Positions 39,429-48,402 are shown, counted from the first letter of the stretch. The stretch: DNA of 64,000 nt from an uncultured Nitrososphaerota archaeon (GCA_963701075.1 OY969559.1:896001-960000), one strand, 5' to 3'. A program made the numbers and translations. The notes: generated from the letters alone by a model not told the origin.

Positions 39429-39719
39429 TCAAAAGTTATCGCTAAAGTTTCTTGTATGTTTGTCGACTTCATCCTGAGGGGATGAATGTCCGTCATTGTC
39501 CTTGTGCTCTGTCTTGTGGCTACGTCTTGCCATTTTTTCCTCGTGCTCCTTTCTAGAGTGATGAAGCCTGTCTGTCTCATGAATAAACTCCATTCCGCAT
39601 TCTGTACACTTGACTATGTCATGATGATGGTCGTGGCGAGCATGACTTATCAGATCCTCCTGCTTTGAAAATTCTGATTTGCATTGCTCACACTTGAACT
39701 TCTTTCCAAAAAACTTCAT
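39429..39719 (-). CDS. Double C2H2 zinc-finger, His-rich protein
   Basis: CEQC..F....L..HARHDH and CTECG..F......HHSRKEH. Confidence 0.8.
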   Translation of the reverse strand: MKFFGKKFKCEQCKSEFSKQEDLISHARHDHHHDIVKCTECGMEFIHETDRLHHSRKEHEEKMARRSHKTEHKDNDGHSSPQDEVDKHTRNFSDNF

Positions 39720-39806
39720 GTTAAATTAACGTCTCATGATGCCGTAAATAAGACTATTGTTGGGCTCTTCTGATGCCTAAAATGTAAAGACGGGAAAATA
39801 GAAAGT

Positions 39807-39854
39807 CCTAATTAAAAATTGTGATACACTGTTAAGCAACATTGTTACCGAAAG
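39807..39854 (-). promoter_or_regulatory. Shared-architecture promoter site C
   Basis: Minus strand: ctttcggtAACA a TGTTgcttAACA g tgtatcacaatt TTTAATTagg. Confidence 0.65.
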
Positions 39855-39939
39855 TATTTTAATTTGTATAAAATTCATTGGTATCCCAATCATTGGTACA
39901 CAAATTTTATATCCTATCATCTCCTAGATAAATCAAGAA

Positions 39940-40866
39940 ATGAACCCTGTCAAATCCACAAACGTGCTAAAACCGCTTGCAATGATGGCAAGCATCGTAA
40001 TATTGCTTACAGTAAGTTTAGCCCCTGCCTTTGCAGACAGCGCAAGCCCCCCACTTGCTCCTACAAACCTAAACGCCATGCCAGTATCTGGAAATCAAAT
40101 TGCCTTGACATGGAATTCTCCAATAAATGCTACTCAAAGCGGAGTCATAGGATATCAGATCCAACGAAATGGAACAATTCTTGTTAACAATACCGAAAGC
40201 GCATTAACAAACTATAATGATACTAGTCTACTTCCAGGTAATGTAGGACAATATCAGGTTGCAGCTTGGAATGCAGTTGGTCTTGGTTTGTTCTCAAATA
40301 ATGCCTCTGCAGCTACTGTTCTATATGCTAGCCCAACAACTCCAGGCCCAACACCCACAAACACAACTTCGACAATCATTGGGGGTAACTGGACAAAGTA
40401 TGTAGTAATACCACATCACAGTCAACACGGAATTCTAGACAACCAAACCTTGTCTCATTTTGACAGGGCGCATACTGGTCAATTCATGTATGGCAAAGAC
40501 AATGGGACATCTATCGAGCAGCAAAATGGCACCTTTTACCGAACTGACAAACCAAGTCCTACTGTGAGCGACTCTCAACATGAATGGAACAAACAGATGG
40601 AGCAGTTCAAGCCCAGTATAAAGCAAGATGAAAACCAATACAAAAACTTGCACACTGGTGCACAGATTTGGCCTAATGTCTCGACAGGTGCGGGTGGTCA
40701 TACCCAAGCGACAAAATCAACCTACAGGAATTTGCACTCAAACTGGATTCAATCTAAAAGCCTTGGAACAAATGGAGTCCCGTTTTCAGGACTGACTCAT
40801 GAAAATAAACTTGAGAACTGGCACAAAATACCGCCAACAGACTGGAAAAAAATACCACAAAACTGA
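39940..40866 (+). CDS. Secreted fibronectin type III domain protein
   Basis: Signal peptide (..APAFA); PLAPTNL..IALTW..GYQIQR..Y.V.A.N FN3 pattern; disordered tail. Confidence 0.8.
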   Translation: MNPVKSTNVLKPLAMMASIVILLTVSLAPAFADSASPPLAPTNLNAMPVSGNQIALTWNSPINATQSGVIGYQIQRNGTILVNNTESALTNYNDTSLLPGNVGQYQVAAWNAVGLGLFSNNASAATVLYASPTTPGPTPTNTTSTIIGGNWTKYVVIPHHSQHGILDNQTLSHFDRAHTGQFMYGKDNGTSIEQQNGTFYRTDKPSPTVSDSQHEWNKQMEQFKPSIKQDENQYKNLHTGAQIWPNVSTGAGGHTQATKSTYRNLHSNWIQSKSLGTNGVPFSGLTHENKLENWHKIPPTDWKKIPQN

Positions 40867-40947
40867 GTCAACAAAACACTAATTGGTCTGAAATTGCAAA
40901 GACAATAACATGCTACTATCTCAAATAAATCGGGTTGCATGTGAAAT

Positions 40948-42003
40948 ATGACAGACCTTTATCGTGTACTGCCAGAGGAGATGGACAAGCTTGTAACAAG
41001 CATAGGACAGCCACGTTATCGTGCAGACCAACTGCTGCACATGATGTACCATGAATTCCCAAAAGACATGTCTGATATGCGTCAAATTCCATCAGAGATG
41101 AGAAAAGCACTATCTTCTGCAGGGTATACAATTGGATCTGCAAATGAAATTCATCGCGTAGTAAGCGAGGATGGACAGACAACAAAACTTCTTCTAAAAC
41201 TCGGTGATGGAACTCTAATTGAGACAGTACTAATGCAGTACCGCAAGGGAAACAGTCATCCAAGATCAACTATCTGTGTATCGACACAGGTTGGCTGCCA
41301 GATGGGCTGCACGTTCTGTGCTACAGGGCAGATGGGCTTTGAGAGGAATCTCAAGGCAGAAGAGATCGTTGCACAGGTATTGCATTTTGCTTCAGTCCTC
41401 CAAGAGCGGGAAGAACACGTCACAAACATCGTCTTCATGGGGATGGGAGAGCCTCTGGCAAATTATGCAGAAACCATTCGAGCAGTCAGACTATTGACAC
41501 ACGCACGCGCATTTGGTCTTGGACAGAGACACATCACCATTTCCACAGTTGGTGTAATGAAAGGAATAGACAGTCTTGCAGAGGAAGACTTGCAGATAGG
41601 GCTTGCAATCTCACTTCATGCCCCAAATGACGAACTGCGAAGAAAATTAGTACCAACTGCAGGACCCCATTCGGTCAAAGATTTGATCACGGCTACAAGA
41701 ACTTATTTCAAAAAGACAGGCAGACGTGTTACGCTAGAATACGCCCTGATAGACGGAGTCAACGATTCGCCAGAAATTGCAACAGAGCTTGCCGCATTAT
41801 TGAAAGGTAACGGGGCTCACGTGAATCTAATACCGGTGAATCCAACCGCTGGCGGTTTCAAACGTCCACGATGGAAACGCATAACAGAATTTGAACATGT
41901 ACTGCGAGAGTCTGATGTGAATTGTACCGTAAGAGTAGAGAAGGGATCTGAGATATCAGCTGCGTGCGGTCAGCTAAGAACTGATGTTGCAAAGAATCTC
42001 TAG
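40948..42003 (+). CDS. rlmN: 23S rRNA/tRNA m2A methyltransferase RlmN (radical SAM)
   Basis: CVSTQVGCQMGCTFC, FMGMGEPL, ISLHAP and C-terminal AACGQL. Confidence 0.9.
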   Translation: MTDLYRVLPEEMDKLVTSIGQPRYRADQLLHMMYHEFPKDMSDMRQIPSEMRKALSSAGYTIGSANEIHRVVSEDGQTTKLLLKLGDGTLIETVLMQYRKGNSHPRSTICVSTQVGCQMGCTFCATGQMGFERNLKAEEIVAQVLHFASVLQEREEHVTNIVFMGMGEPLANYAETIRAVRLLTHARAFGLGQRHITISTVGVMKGIDSLAEEDLQIGLAISLHAPNDELRRKLVPTAGPHSVKDLITATRTYFKKTGRRVTLEYALIDGVNDSPEIATELAALLKGNGAHVNLIPVNPTAGGFKRPRWKRITEFEHVLRESDVNCTVRVEKGSEISAACGQLRTDVAKNL

Positions 42004-42117
42004 ATTGCCATATGCTTTCAAGACACAAAGACTAGACGATGTAACTGCGCTTTGATTTGTCAAAATTGGTACAAATGACATCAATGGGAATTTATTCTCC
42101 TGCATCCAAAACTATCC

Positions 42118-42393
42118 ATGAACAAAGATAGAGGCGTCTGCAAGGGTCTTTGTAAACCCTACAAGGTTAGAAAACCAAGAGACGGGACCAGCCGCTATTT
42201 GTCGGATCAAGTACGATGCCAGATTTGCGGGATTTTCATGACACGGGAGGGATGCCATGACATTGAAGACAAGCCCGCAACCAACGAGACTGTAGGTCTA
42301 TACTGCAACTGCTGTAACTGCATGGTAAGATCAAAACCAAGAAACAAACCTGGCACAAAAGACCATGAAAAAGATTCAGGTTTTGTACGATGA
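42118..42393 (+). CDS. Cys-rich zinc-binding hypothetical protein
   Basis: CKGLC..RY....RCQIC..CNCC..R.KPR. Confidence 0.7.
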   Translation: MNKDRGVCKGLCKPYKVRKPRDGTSRYLSDQVRCQICGIFMTREGCHDIEDKPATNETVGLYCNCCNCMVRSKPRNKPGTKDHEKDSGFVR

Positions 42394-42540
42394 CCAACTA
42401 TTACTATTGTTTGGGGTGTAAGAAAATCATAGTAAGTAAAGACCGTGATTATGGTCCAAGATGTCCAGCTTGTAAAAAACAAGCTAAACAAAGCACAAGT
42501 TAAGGCTGTACTTTACTTAAAATCTCATATTTCACGACTT

Positions 42541-42972
42541 CTATTCTTTCTGTAAAGTTTTTGATTCTTGAAGATTCCAGCAGTTTTTGCAGAGATAGCC
42601 TGTAACACACCATTCTTTTTTTGGACGATGTACAAAAAAACCAAGTTTGGCGTTGCACAGACTGCAATTCTTCTTCAATTCATTGTCTGATTTTTCCCTT
42701 TCATTAAAACAAGATTCACAAAGCCATCCTTTTAGTTCCCATTCTTTTTTTGGCCTCCATAGATTGTATGTTCCAGGCTCTGCCCCGCACAAAACACATT
42801 TGTTGTCATTGGCCTTTTTTTTATCAAAATTTTCTTTCATTAGATCCACATAACAATTTGCACACAGTGGACCTTTGACATTCCAGTCCTTCTTTGGATT
42901 GCTTTTGCGAGAGATGCCCTTTTTACAAACAGTACAAAATTCCTTTTTTTTATTGCTACTGAATAATCCCAC
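42541..42972 (-). CDS. Protein with three tandem zinc-finger repeats
   Basis: 3x CxxC..PKK(D/E)W...G.LCxxC. Confidence 0.75.
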   Translation of the reverse strand: MGLFSSNKKKEFCTVCKKGISRKSNPKKDWNVKGPLCANCYVDLMKENFDKKKANDNKCVLCGAEPGTYNLWRPKKEWELKGWLCESCFNEREKSDNELKKNCSLCNAKLGFFVHRPKKEWCVTGYLCKNCWNLQESKTLQKE

Positions 42973-43029
42973 GGTATTGCACTGATTCCATCTTAAAAAA
43001 AGTTCCCGGTTTTGCGGTATTTTTCCAAT

Positions 43030-43641
43030 ATGGCATCACCGGAATACCTAAAAACAAAGGGACAAGGAAAGAACATCTTGACCATTACAAACCAAAGTAT
43101 CCAAGATCATCCCTGCATATCGTGTCATACAAACTGCTGTAAAGAATATACAATATTTGTTAACGCTCATGATGTTTACAGAATTTCGGTTGGACTTGGG
43201 CTAGATCCAGAGAATTTTCTAGAGATTTATGGCGCAAAGGAAGATGCATGGGGTATACAGATTGAAGAGGGCTTGGTGGATCTTGCCTTGAAGCAAAAGG
43301 ATGACACGTGCACATTTCTGATAAAATTTGAAGACAATTTTCGTTGTGGAATACACGATCTCAAACCTGGTGTATGTAAGTCTTATCCATTTCAACTAAA
43401 AGATGGAAAATTAATCCAGATGGATGATAAACTGTGCCCTGTCGACTGGGATGTAGCAAAAGAATTCGAAACCATGATGACCACTCATCTCAAAAAAGAT
43501 GAAAACGAATGGAAATTCTATTATGATCTTATTTTAGAATGGAATGCCACCAACCCTCATAATCTCCAATTATCCAAATTTCTAAGATTTCTAATTGAAA
43601 GAGTGGCATTATCTATAAATGAAAATTCCAAGAAAAAATAG
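43030..43641 (+). CDS. YkgJ-family cysteine-cluster protein (CxxCxxCC)
   Basis: CISCHTNCC, CTFL..CGIH..KP.VC.SYPF motifs. Confidence 0.82.
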   Translation: MASPEYLKTKGQGKNILTITNQSIQDHPCISCHTNCCKEYTIFVNAHDVYRISVGLGLDPENFLEIYGAKEDAWGIQIEEGLVDLALKQKDDTCTFLIKFEDNFRCGIHDLKPGVCKSYPFQLKDGKLIQMDDKLCPVDWDVAKEFETMMTTHLKKDENEWKFYYDLILEWNATNPHNLQLSKFLRFLIERVALSINENSKKK

Positions 43642-43672
43642 GCTATCTGTTCAAACTGTATCTGAAGAATAA

Positions 43673-44632
43673 TTACTGTTGTTTTGTACCGTCATCTTTT
43701 GGTTTTTCTTTTTGGACTGCTCTTTTAGTGCTCTCAAGATATGCTATGGTAGTTCCCAAGTTTCCAAATCCTATGGAATTGAGCGATTCTGAAGGAACCA
43801 TGACTATGGTAGTGCCTTGTACTTTTATTGACTCGTACAACATATTGGACTGTCTTAATGCAAAGGCAACGGGGTTTTCTGCATATACCTGTGCAGCTTC
43901 TTCAAATTTCTTTGCAACTAGAATTTCTGATTCGCCATATATGACACGTGCATTCTTCTCACGCTCTGCCTGAGCCTGCATTGACATTGCAGATTCTAGT
44001 TCTTGAGGTATGATGACTTGACGAATCTCGACGCCTGTTACTTCGACGCCCCAGTTGCTTGCCTCGCTTTCTATTACTGCCTTGATGCGAGAATTGATAT
44101 CTTCCCTTTTTGAGAGTATGTCCTGGAATACTGAAAAACCTATGTTATTACGAAGTGTAGTCTGAGAAACTTGCTGTATCATTTGGTTAAAGTTTTCTAC
44201 ATTTAGTATTGCATCCTTGGCTCGCTGCTCAATTATTCTATAGCGAAGAATCGCGTCAATGGTTACTGGAACATTGTCCTTTGTAAGCATCCTTTCTGCC
44301 TTGAATTCGCTTACTTTTTCCCTAATATCCACTACGAGAATATTGTCTGCAAAAGGCAATCTTGTCTGTACTCCCGGTCCTACCTGCCTATTGTATTTTC
44401 CAAGACGGAGTATTACCGCTCTTTCATATTGTTTGATTATCATTAGAAACGATGAAGCAATAACTGAGACTCCAATGACCATTGCAAGATATGTTATTAC
44501 ATCATTATGATAGAAAAGACCAATCCCAATACCTATGATTAGAATCAATACTCCTATTATGGCATAAGTGCCAGATCCTTTCTGATTTACTAGCTTGTGT
44601 GCAAAATCGTATGGCATATATCCGCTAGACAA
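43673..44632 (-). CDS. SPFH/band-7 (stomatin-like) protein
   Basis: QYERAVILRLG, LTKDNVPV, TTLR..IG, WGVEV and QAQAERE motifs. Confidence 0.92.
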   Translation of the reverse strand: MSSGYMPYDFAHKLVNQKGSGTYAIIGVLILIIGIGIGLFYHNDVITYLAMVIGVSVIASSFLMIIKQYERAVILRLGKYNRQVGPGVQTRLPFADNILVVDIREKVSEFKAERMLTKDNVPVTIDAILRYRIIEQRAKDAILNVENFNQMIQQVSQTTLRNNIGFSVFQDILSKREDINSRIKAVIESEASNWGVEVTGVEIRQVIIPQELESAMSMQAQAEREKNARVIYGESEILVAKKFEEAAQVYAENPVAFALRQSNMLYESIKVQGTTIVMVPSESLNSIGFGNLGTTIAYLESTKRAVQKEKPKDDGTKQQ

Positions 44633-44687
44633 ATCTCTTTTACCTGATAATTGTAGACATTCCGTCTGATTTAAAGTCCATCTATCT

Positions 44688-44879
44688 TTAGTGTTTTGTC
44701 AGATTAGAATTGGCAGCACCTTGCAATGCATTTTTTATGATTGGGTCTGTCGCGTTTTGAACACTATCTCGAATCTGTACTAGTTTGTCAAAAACGGTGC
44801 CAACCTGTGTATAGTTGAAATATGCAACTAAAAAAACCACGACTGCGCATATTATCACTATTTTGACAATCATTCCCAT
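44688..44879 (-). CDS. Small membrane-anchored hypothetical protein
   Basis: N-terminal TM helix; 63 aa. Confidence 0.55.
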   Translation of the reverse strand: MGMIVKIVIICAVVVFLVAYFNYTQVGTVFDKLVQIRDSVQNATDPIIKNALQGAANSNLTKH

Positions 44880-45061
44880 GGTATCACTCCATTGATTGTT
44901 CTTTTTACTTGTGTGGTAAGAAGGATTAAAGTCCTATGTTAAAATTTTAAATGATATTTTCTGCAGTCAACTGAAACTAGCTCATTTTTAGGTAATTGTA
45001 ACGTCTTTCATTATTTTAATGTGGAAATTAGTGTAAAGTCTTTATTGTTTGTTGTACTATA

Positions 45062-45289
45062 TTGAACCAATTGAAGAGTCTAGGCAAGATCTTTGTTATC
45101 ACAGGTTCAGTCCTTAGTGTAGCTAGTGCACTTGGCTTTCTGCATGTGCTCGTACCACGACATCAGCCATACTTCCAGGGTGCCTATTTCATGCTTGGAA
45201 TACTTATGATCATAGTGGGGACGTATGTGTGGACAAGTACGCACAAGTCAGACGCATTTTGGAACTATGTCAAGCACAATAAAGTCTAA
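45062..45289 (+). CDS. Small two-TM protein
   Basis: Two hydrophobic helices; TATA-like element upstream. Confidence 0.6.
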   Translation: MNQLKSLGKIFVITGSVLSVASALGFLHVLVPRHQPYFQGAYFMLGILMIIVGTYVWTSTHKSDAFWNYVKHNKV

Positions 45290-45341
45290 AACTTCAATGA
45301 TGCTTTTTTAAAACTTGTGGTACAAACCAAAAACAAATTTG

Positions 45342-45389
45342 TTCTGACTTACAATATTAGTGAACAAGGTTCATCATTTCATAAATACT
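45342..45389 (+). promoter_or_regulatory. Shared-architecture promoter site D (upstream of the regulator pair)
   Basis: ttctgacttACA a TaTTagtgAACA a ggttcatcattt cATAAATAct; ATG at 45410. Confidence 0.6.
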
Positions 45390-45409
45390 CTAAACTGGAA
45401 ACTAGTTAC

Positions 45410-45964
45410 ATGATGAAATCGGTCAATGGCTCAAAAAAGACATCGACCATTACATTCAGACTTGACGATGACACAATACACAGACTCCGTGATCTATCCA
45501 AGGTGCAAGAAGTAAGCACAAACACTCTGGTAAATCAAGCATTGAAGAGATTCATTGACTGGGACTTTTATCTTCCAAGATCTGGGTTTGTGATTCTAAG
45601 CAAGCCAGTATTGAAGAAACTATTCGATGGGATGGATGCAAAGTCTGTAGTTGAGATTGCCTCTACGATCGGAAAGGAAGGGATTGAAGACATTGTCTTG
45701 TTTATGCGTGGAAAGGTAGAATTGACTTCATTTATAGCATGGTATGAAATCCTGATGATAAATTCATCAGTACAGATAAGCCATCTTGTTGACAACGGGT
45801 TTCATAACATGGTCCTAAAACATGACTTGGGAAAGAATTGGTCATTATATCAAAAGACCATTCTTGAGCTTATTTTCAAAGAATTGTTCAAAAAGAAGAT
45901 AGAACTAGAGTGCGACAAAAACACCGTAAGGGTAATGTTTACAGATGATGGAATCTCAAGCTGA
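45410..45964 (+). CDS. Putative ribbon-helix-helix regulator with a C-terminal effector-like domain (paralog 1)
   Basis: TITFRLDDD....L.......STNTLVNQAL (RHH pattern) and C-terminal HDLGKNWS. Confidence 0.75.
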   Translation: MMKSVNGSKKTSTITFRLDDDTIHRLRDLSKVQEVSTNTLVNQALKRFIDWDFYLPRSGFVILSKPVLKKLFDGMDAKSVVEIASTIGKEGIEDIVLFMRGKVELTSFIAWYEILMINSSVQISHLVDNGFHNMVLKHDLGKNWSLYQKTILELIFKELFKKKIELECDKNTVRVMFTDDGISS

Positions 45965-46514
45965 GTCTCAGCAATACAGTGAACCAACCGGAACAGTGAC
46001 CTTTAGGATAGATGCACAGATATTAACAAAACTAAAAAAACATGCCATCTACGAGAAATCCACCGTTAACGGATTGGTAAATAAATTGCTTCTGCAAGCA
46101 GTGGAATGGGATATTGTAGCAGCCAAATCAAAATGGATTCCAACCGAAAGAGAACTCATCAAATCAATTTTGGATAAACTAGACGATAAAATGATTATGC
46201 AAGTGGCGCAGGCAGAAGGAAAAAGTATCCCGCGTGACCTGTGTCTCTCAATGCGGGGAAATTATAGTGTGAATGACTGGATTGATATCATAAAGATGAG
46301 ATCAGTCGTGGCTGGCTTTGATCTTACCGAGATAAATGCCGGAAAAATGATGATATTTGTAATGCGTCATGATCTGGGCAAAAAATACTCTCTGCACTGT
46401 AAGGCATTTTATGAACAAGCCTTTGAGTCACTTGAATGCCCTGCAACATTTGAGATATCTGAAAATACTCTAGTATTCAAGATACCAAAGAATAGTCTTC
46501 TTGCAGAGCAATAG
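45945..46514 (+). CDS. Putative ribbon-helix-helix regulator (paralog 2), overlapping the upstream gene
   Basis: TVTFRIDAQ....L.......TVNGLVNKLL and C-terminal HDLGKKYS; clear paralogy with the previous ORF. Confidence 0.75.
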   Translation: MMESQAESQQYSEPTGTVTFRIDAQILTKLKKHAIYEKSTVNGLVNKLLLQAVEWDIVAAKSKWIPTERELIKSILDKLDDKMIMQVAQAEGKSIPRDLCLSMRGNYSVNDWIDIIKMRSVVAGFDLTEINAGKMMIFVMRHDLGKKYSLHCKAFYEQAFESLECPATFEISENTLVFKIPKNSLLAEQ

Positions 46515-46599
46515 CTCCTTCTAACCTCATTTCATCTGTTCTGCCCGCATGTTATGATATGCAAGTGCCAAAGGACAGCGCCTCAAGTGATGAATACAT

Positions 46600-46672
46600 G
46601 GAAACTGTAGGGCTAGGAGAGTCTGGGGAAGGGCACATTTCCCAATAAAATTACATGGCACCTACAGTTTCC
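46600..46672 (-). ncRNA. Candidate hairpin small RNA driven by promoter site E
   Basis: Perfect 12-bp IR GGAAACTGTAGG (46600-46611) / CCTACAGTTTCC (46661-46672) with an inner GGG(G)AA/TTCCC stem; begins ~20-28 nt downstream of the site-E TATA. Confidence 0.45.
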
Positions 46673-46690
46673 AAACAAAAGTAAGTCCAA

Positions 46691-46739
46691 AATTAAATAA
46701 TACTTGTGTACTTTTGTTCATGAACAATGTTTTCTATCC
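46691..46739 (-). promoter_or_regulatory. Shared-architecture promoter site E
   Basis: Minus strand: ggatagaaAACA t TGTTcatgAACA a aagtacacaagt aTTATTTAAtt. Confidence 0.65.
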
Positions 46740-46907
46740 CGATCTGATATTTCATAAATTATACAAAACCTAAAACCATCAAATTGTTATCTTGACAAAA
46801 TGATGAGCGTCATCCTGTTCTGTTTTATCTTGTTAGAAAGAATTTTAGAGTAGAACGTCTTTTTATAGAACATTTTTGAAACGAGATCTGTAAACTAACA
46901 GATTATC

Positions 46908-46955
46908 TTTTCACTAACAATGTTCGTTAACAAAGTGTCACAACTGTTTATTAAT
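46908..46955 (+). promoter_or_regulatory. Shared-architecture promoter site F
   Basis: ttttcactAACA a TGTTcgttAACA a agtgtcacaact gTTTATTAAt; ATG at 46987. Confidence 0.7.
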
Positions 46956-46986
46956 TTCATGCTGTGTTTTGTTTATAATTAATGGC

Positions 46987-47541
46987 ATGAACACAGAAAA
47001 CCAAAAACTGTTTACAATAATGGTAGGAATTGTGTTATTTTCTATCTTAGGTCTGTCTACTGTGTATGCACAGACAGCACCAACGGGTGGTATGGGCGGT
47101 ATGGGTATGTCAGGGTCTGGTTATAGTGGTCAATATGGAAACTCGACATCTCATGGATCGCATAGCGGCTCTTTCTCACATTCGGGTAACTTTACAAGAA
47201 ATGCTGGTGCATATAACATGACTGCACACTCAGGAAATTTCTCCCAAAATGGAGCTGCGTATAACATGACTGGACATAGTAAATATCAAAATATGCCGCC
47301 AGGTACTAATGCTTCTACAGTTCCATCTGGCATTCCTGTGACACCTGTGACTAGTGCTCCTACTGCCAATACTGTGCAGAATGCGCTGCCACCCTTGCAA
47401 CAATTCAGATCAGGCACGCCTGCAAATAAAATATCATGCGAAGAGGGCTTTCAACTAATAATAAAAGCTGAGGATGGTTCTCCAGCATGTGTTAGTTCTG
47501 GAACTTACTCGTTGCTAGTAGAACGTGGCTGGGGCCATTAG
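46987..47541 (+). CDS. Secreted Gly/Met/His-rich protein with a Cys-pair C-terminal domain
   Basis: Signal peptide (..VYAQ), GGMGGMGMSG, HSG repeats, and a PPLQQFRSG..ISC..LIIKAEDGSPACV..LVERGWG tail seen in many thaumarchaeal exported proteins. Confidence 0.8.
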   Translation: MNTENQKLFTIMVGIVLFSILGLSTVYAQTAPTGGMGGMGMSGSGYSGQYGNSTSHGSHSGSFSHSGNFTRNAGAYNMTAHSGNFSQNGAAYNMTGHSKYQNMPPGTNASTVPSGIPVTPVTSAPTANTVQNALPPLQQFRSGTPANKISCEEGFQLIIKAEDGSPACVSSGTYSLLVERGWGH

Positions 47542-47736
47542 ACTAATTGAACAGTTTGTACTTTTAATCTCAGCCACTTGATCTTCAAAAAGATCTATGA
47601 AAAAATAAACAAGAAAACTTGGAATCTACCAACTTGTATTCATATCATATTTTGGATTTGATATACTAAACAAAGTATTCAATACATCAAGTGTAACAAA
47701 TAAAATAAAAATAAAATAAGAAATGCTTCCTAGATT

Positions 47737-48228
47737 TTACTCTTGGAAGTCAGTTGGGGCAACAGTTGTTGTACTATTGCTTGGTTTCTTCCACATTCCC
47801 ATGTGTCCGTGCATCTTTCCATGTCCACCCATGCCGCCTCCGATAAGAGAAGCCAGCGTTAATGGATGTCCTTGTGATGTCTTGAGCACTGCGCCGTTTC
47901 CTGCATCTACTATGACAGAGTAGACGCTCTTGCCGTCTGTTACCTTAAAGGCATAGACAACAGAACCGTGTATGTCTCTGAGACCTCCTGATAGCACTTG
48001 TCCTCCAGTTACCTGACCTGCAGCAGTTGTTGCAGCAGTTGTAAATGAAGTCTTCACACTAGATAGTATCATCTGTGGAAGGTTGATTGAACCCTGTATT
48101 GGTGTTTGACCTGAACCAGTGCTTGTACTCTGTGCATATGCAAGTGAGCCACCTATTGAGGCAATCACTACAACGCCCACAATCATAGCAAGCAGTTTCT
48201 GATGGGTCTTTAGTTCTTGTATGTTCAT
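47737..48228 (-). CDS. Secreted PepSY-domain protein with a Met/His-rich tail
   Basis: Signal peptide (..AYAQ); VY.F.V......VIVDAGNGAVL PepSY pattern; GGGMGGHGKMHGHMGMW. Confidence 0.8.
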   Translation of the reverse strand: MNIQELKTHQKLLAMIVGVVVIASIGGSLAYAQSTSTGSGQTPIQGSINLPQMILSSVKTSFTTAATTAAGQVTGGQVLSGGLRDIHGSVVYAFKVTDGKSVYSVIVDAGNGAVLKTSQGHPLTLASLIGGGMGGHGKMHGHMGMWKKPSNSTTTVAPTDFQE

Positions 48229-48250
48229 TATACCATACCATTGGTCATGC

Positions 48251-48299
48251 AATTTATAATGGGTTGCGATACCTTGTTCGTTAACAAGGTTAGTGATCC
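48251..48299 (-). promoter_or_regulatory. Shared-architecture promoter site G
   Basis: Minus strand: ggatcactAACc t TGTTaacgAACA a ggtatcgcaacc caTTATAAATt; ATG at 48228. Confidence 0.7.
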
Positions 48300-48402
48300 C
48301 TCTCATGAGAGCAAAAGTGTTCTATTCTCTCTCATGTTCTTGTCTCTCTCATATCTTGAAATCTTCTTGGCGTTAAAATATCCCCACCATATCTACTCCT
48401 CC

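Noticed and set aside
40948-42003. Cfr antibiotic-resistance methyltransferase
   Set aside because: It has the RlmN-type MGMGEP rather than the Cfr-type MGMGEA, and no resistance or mobile context.
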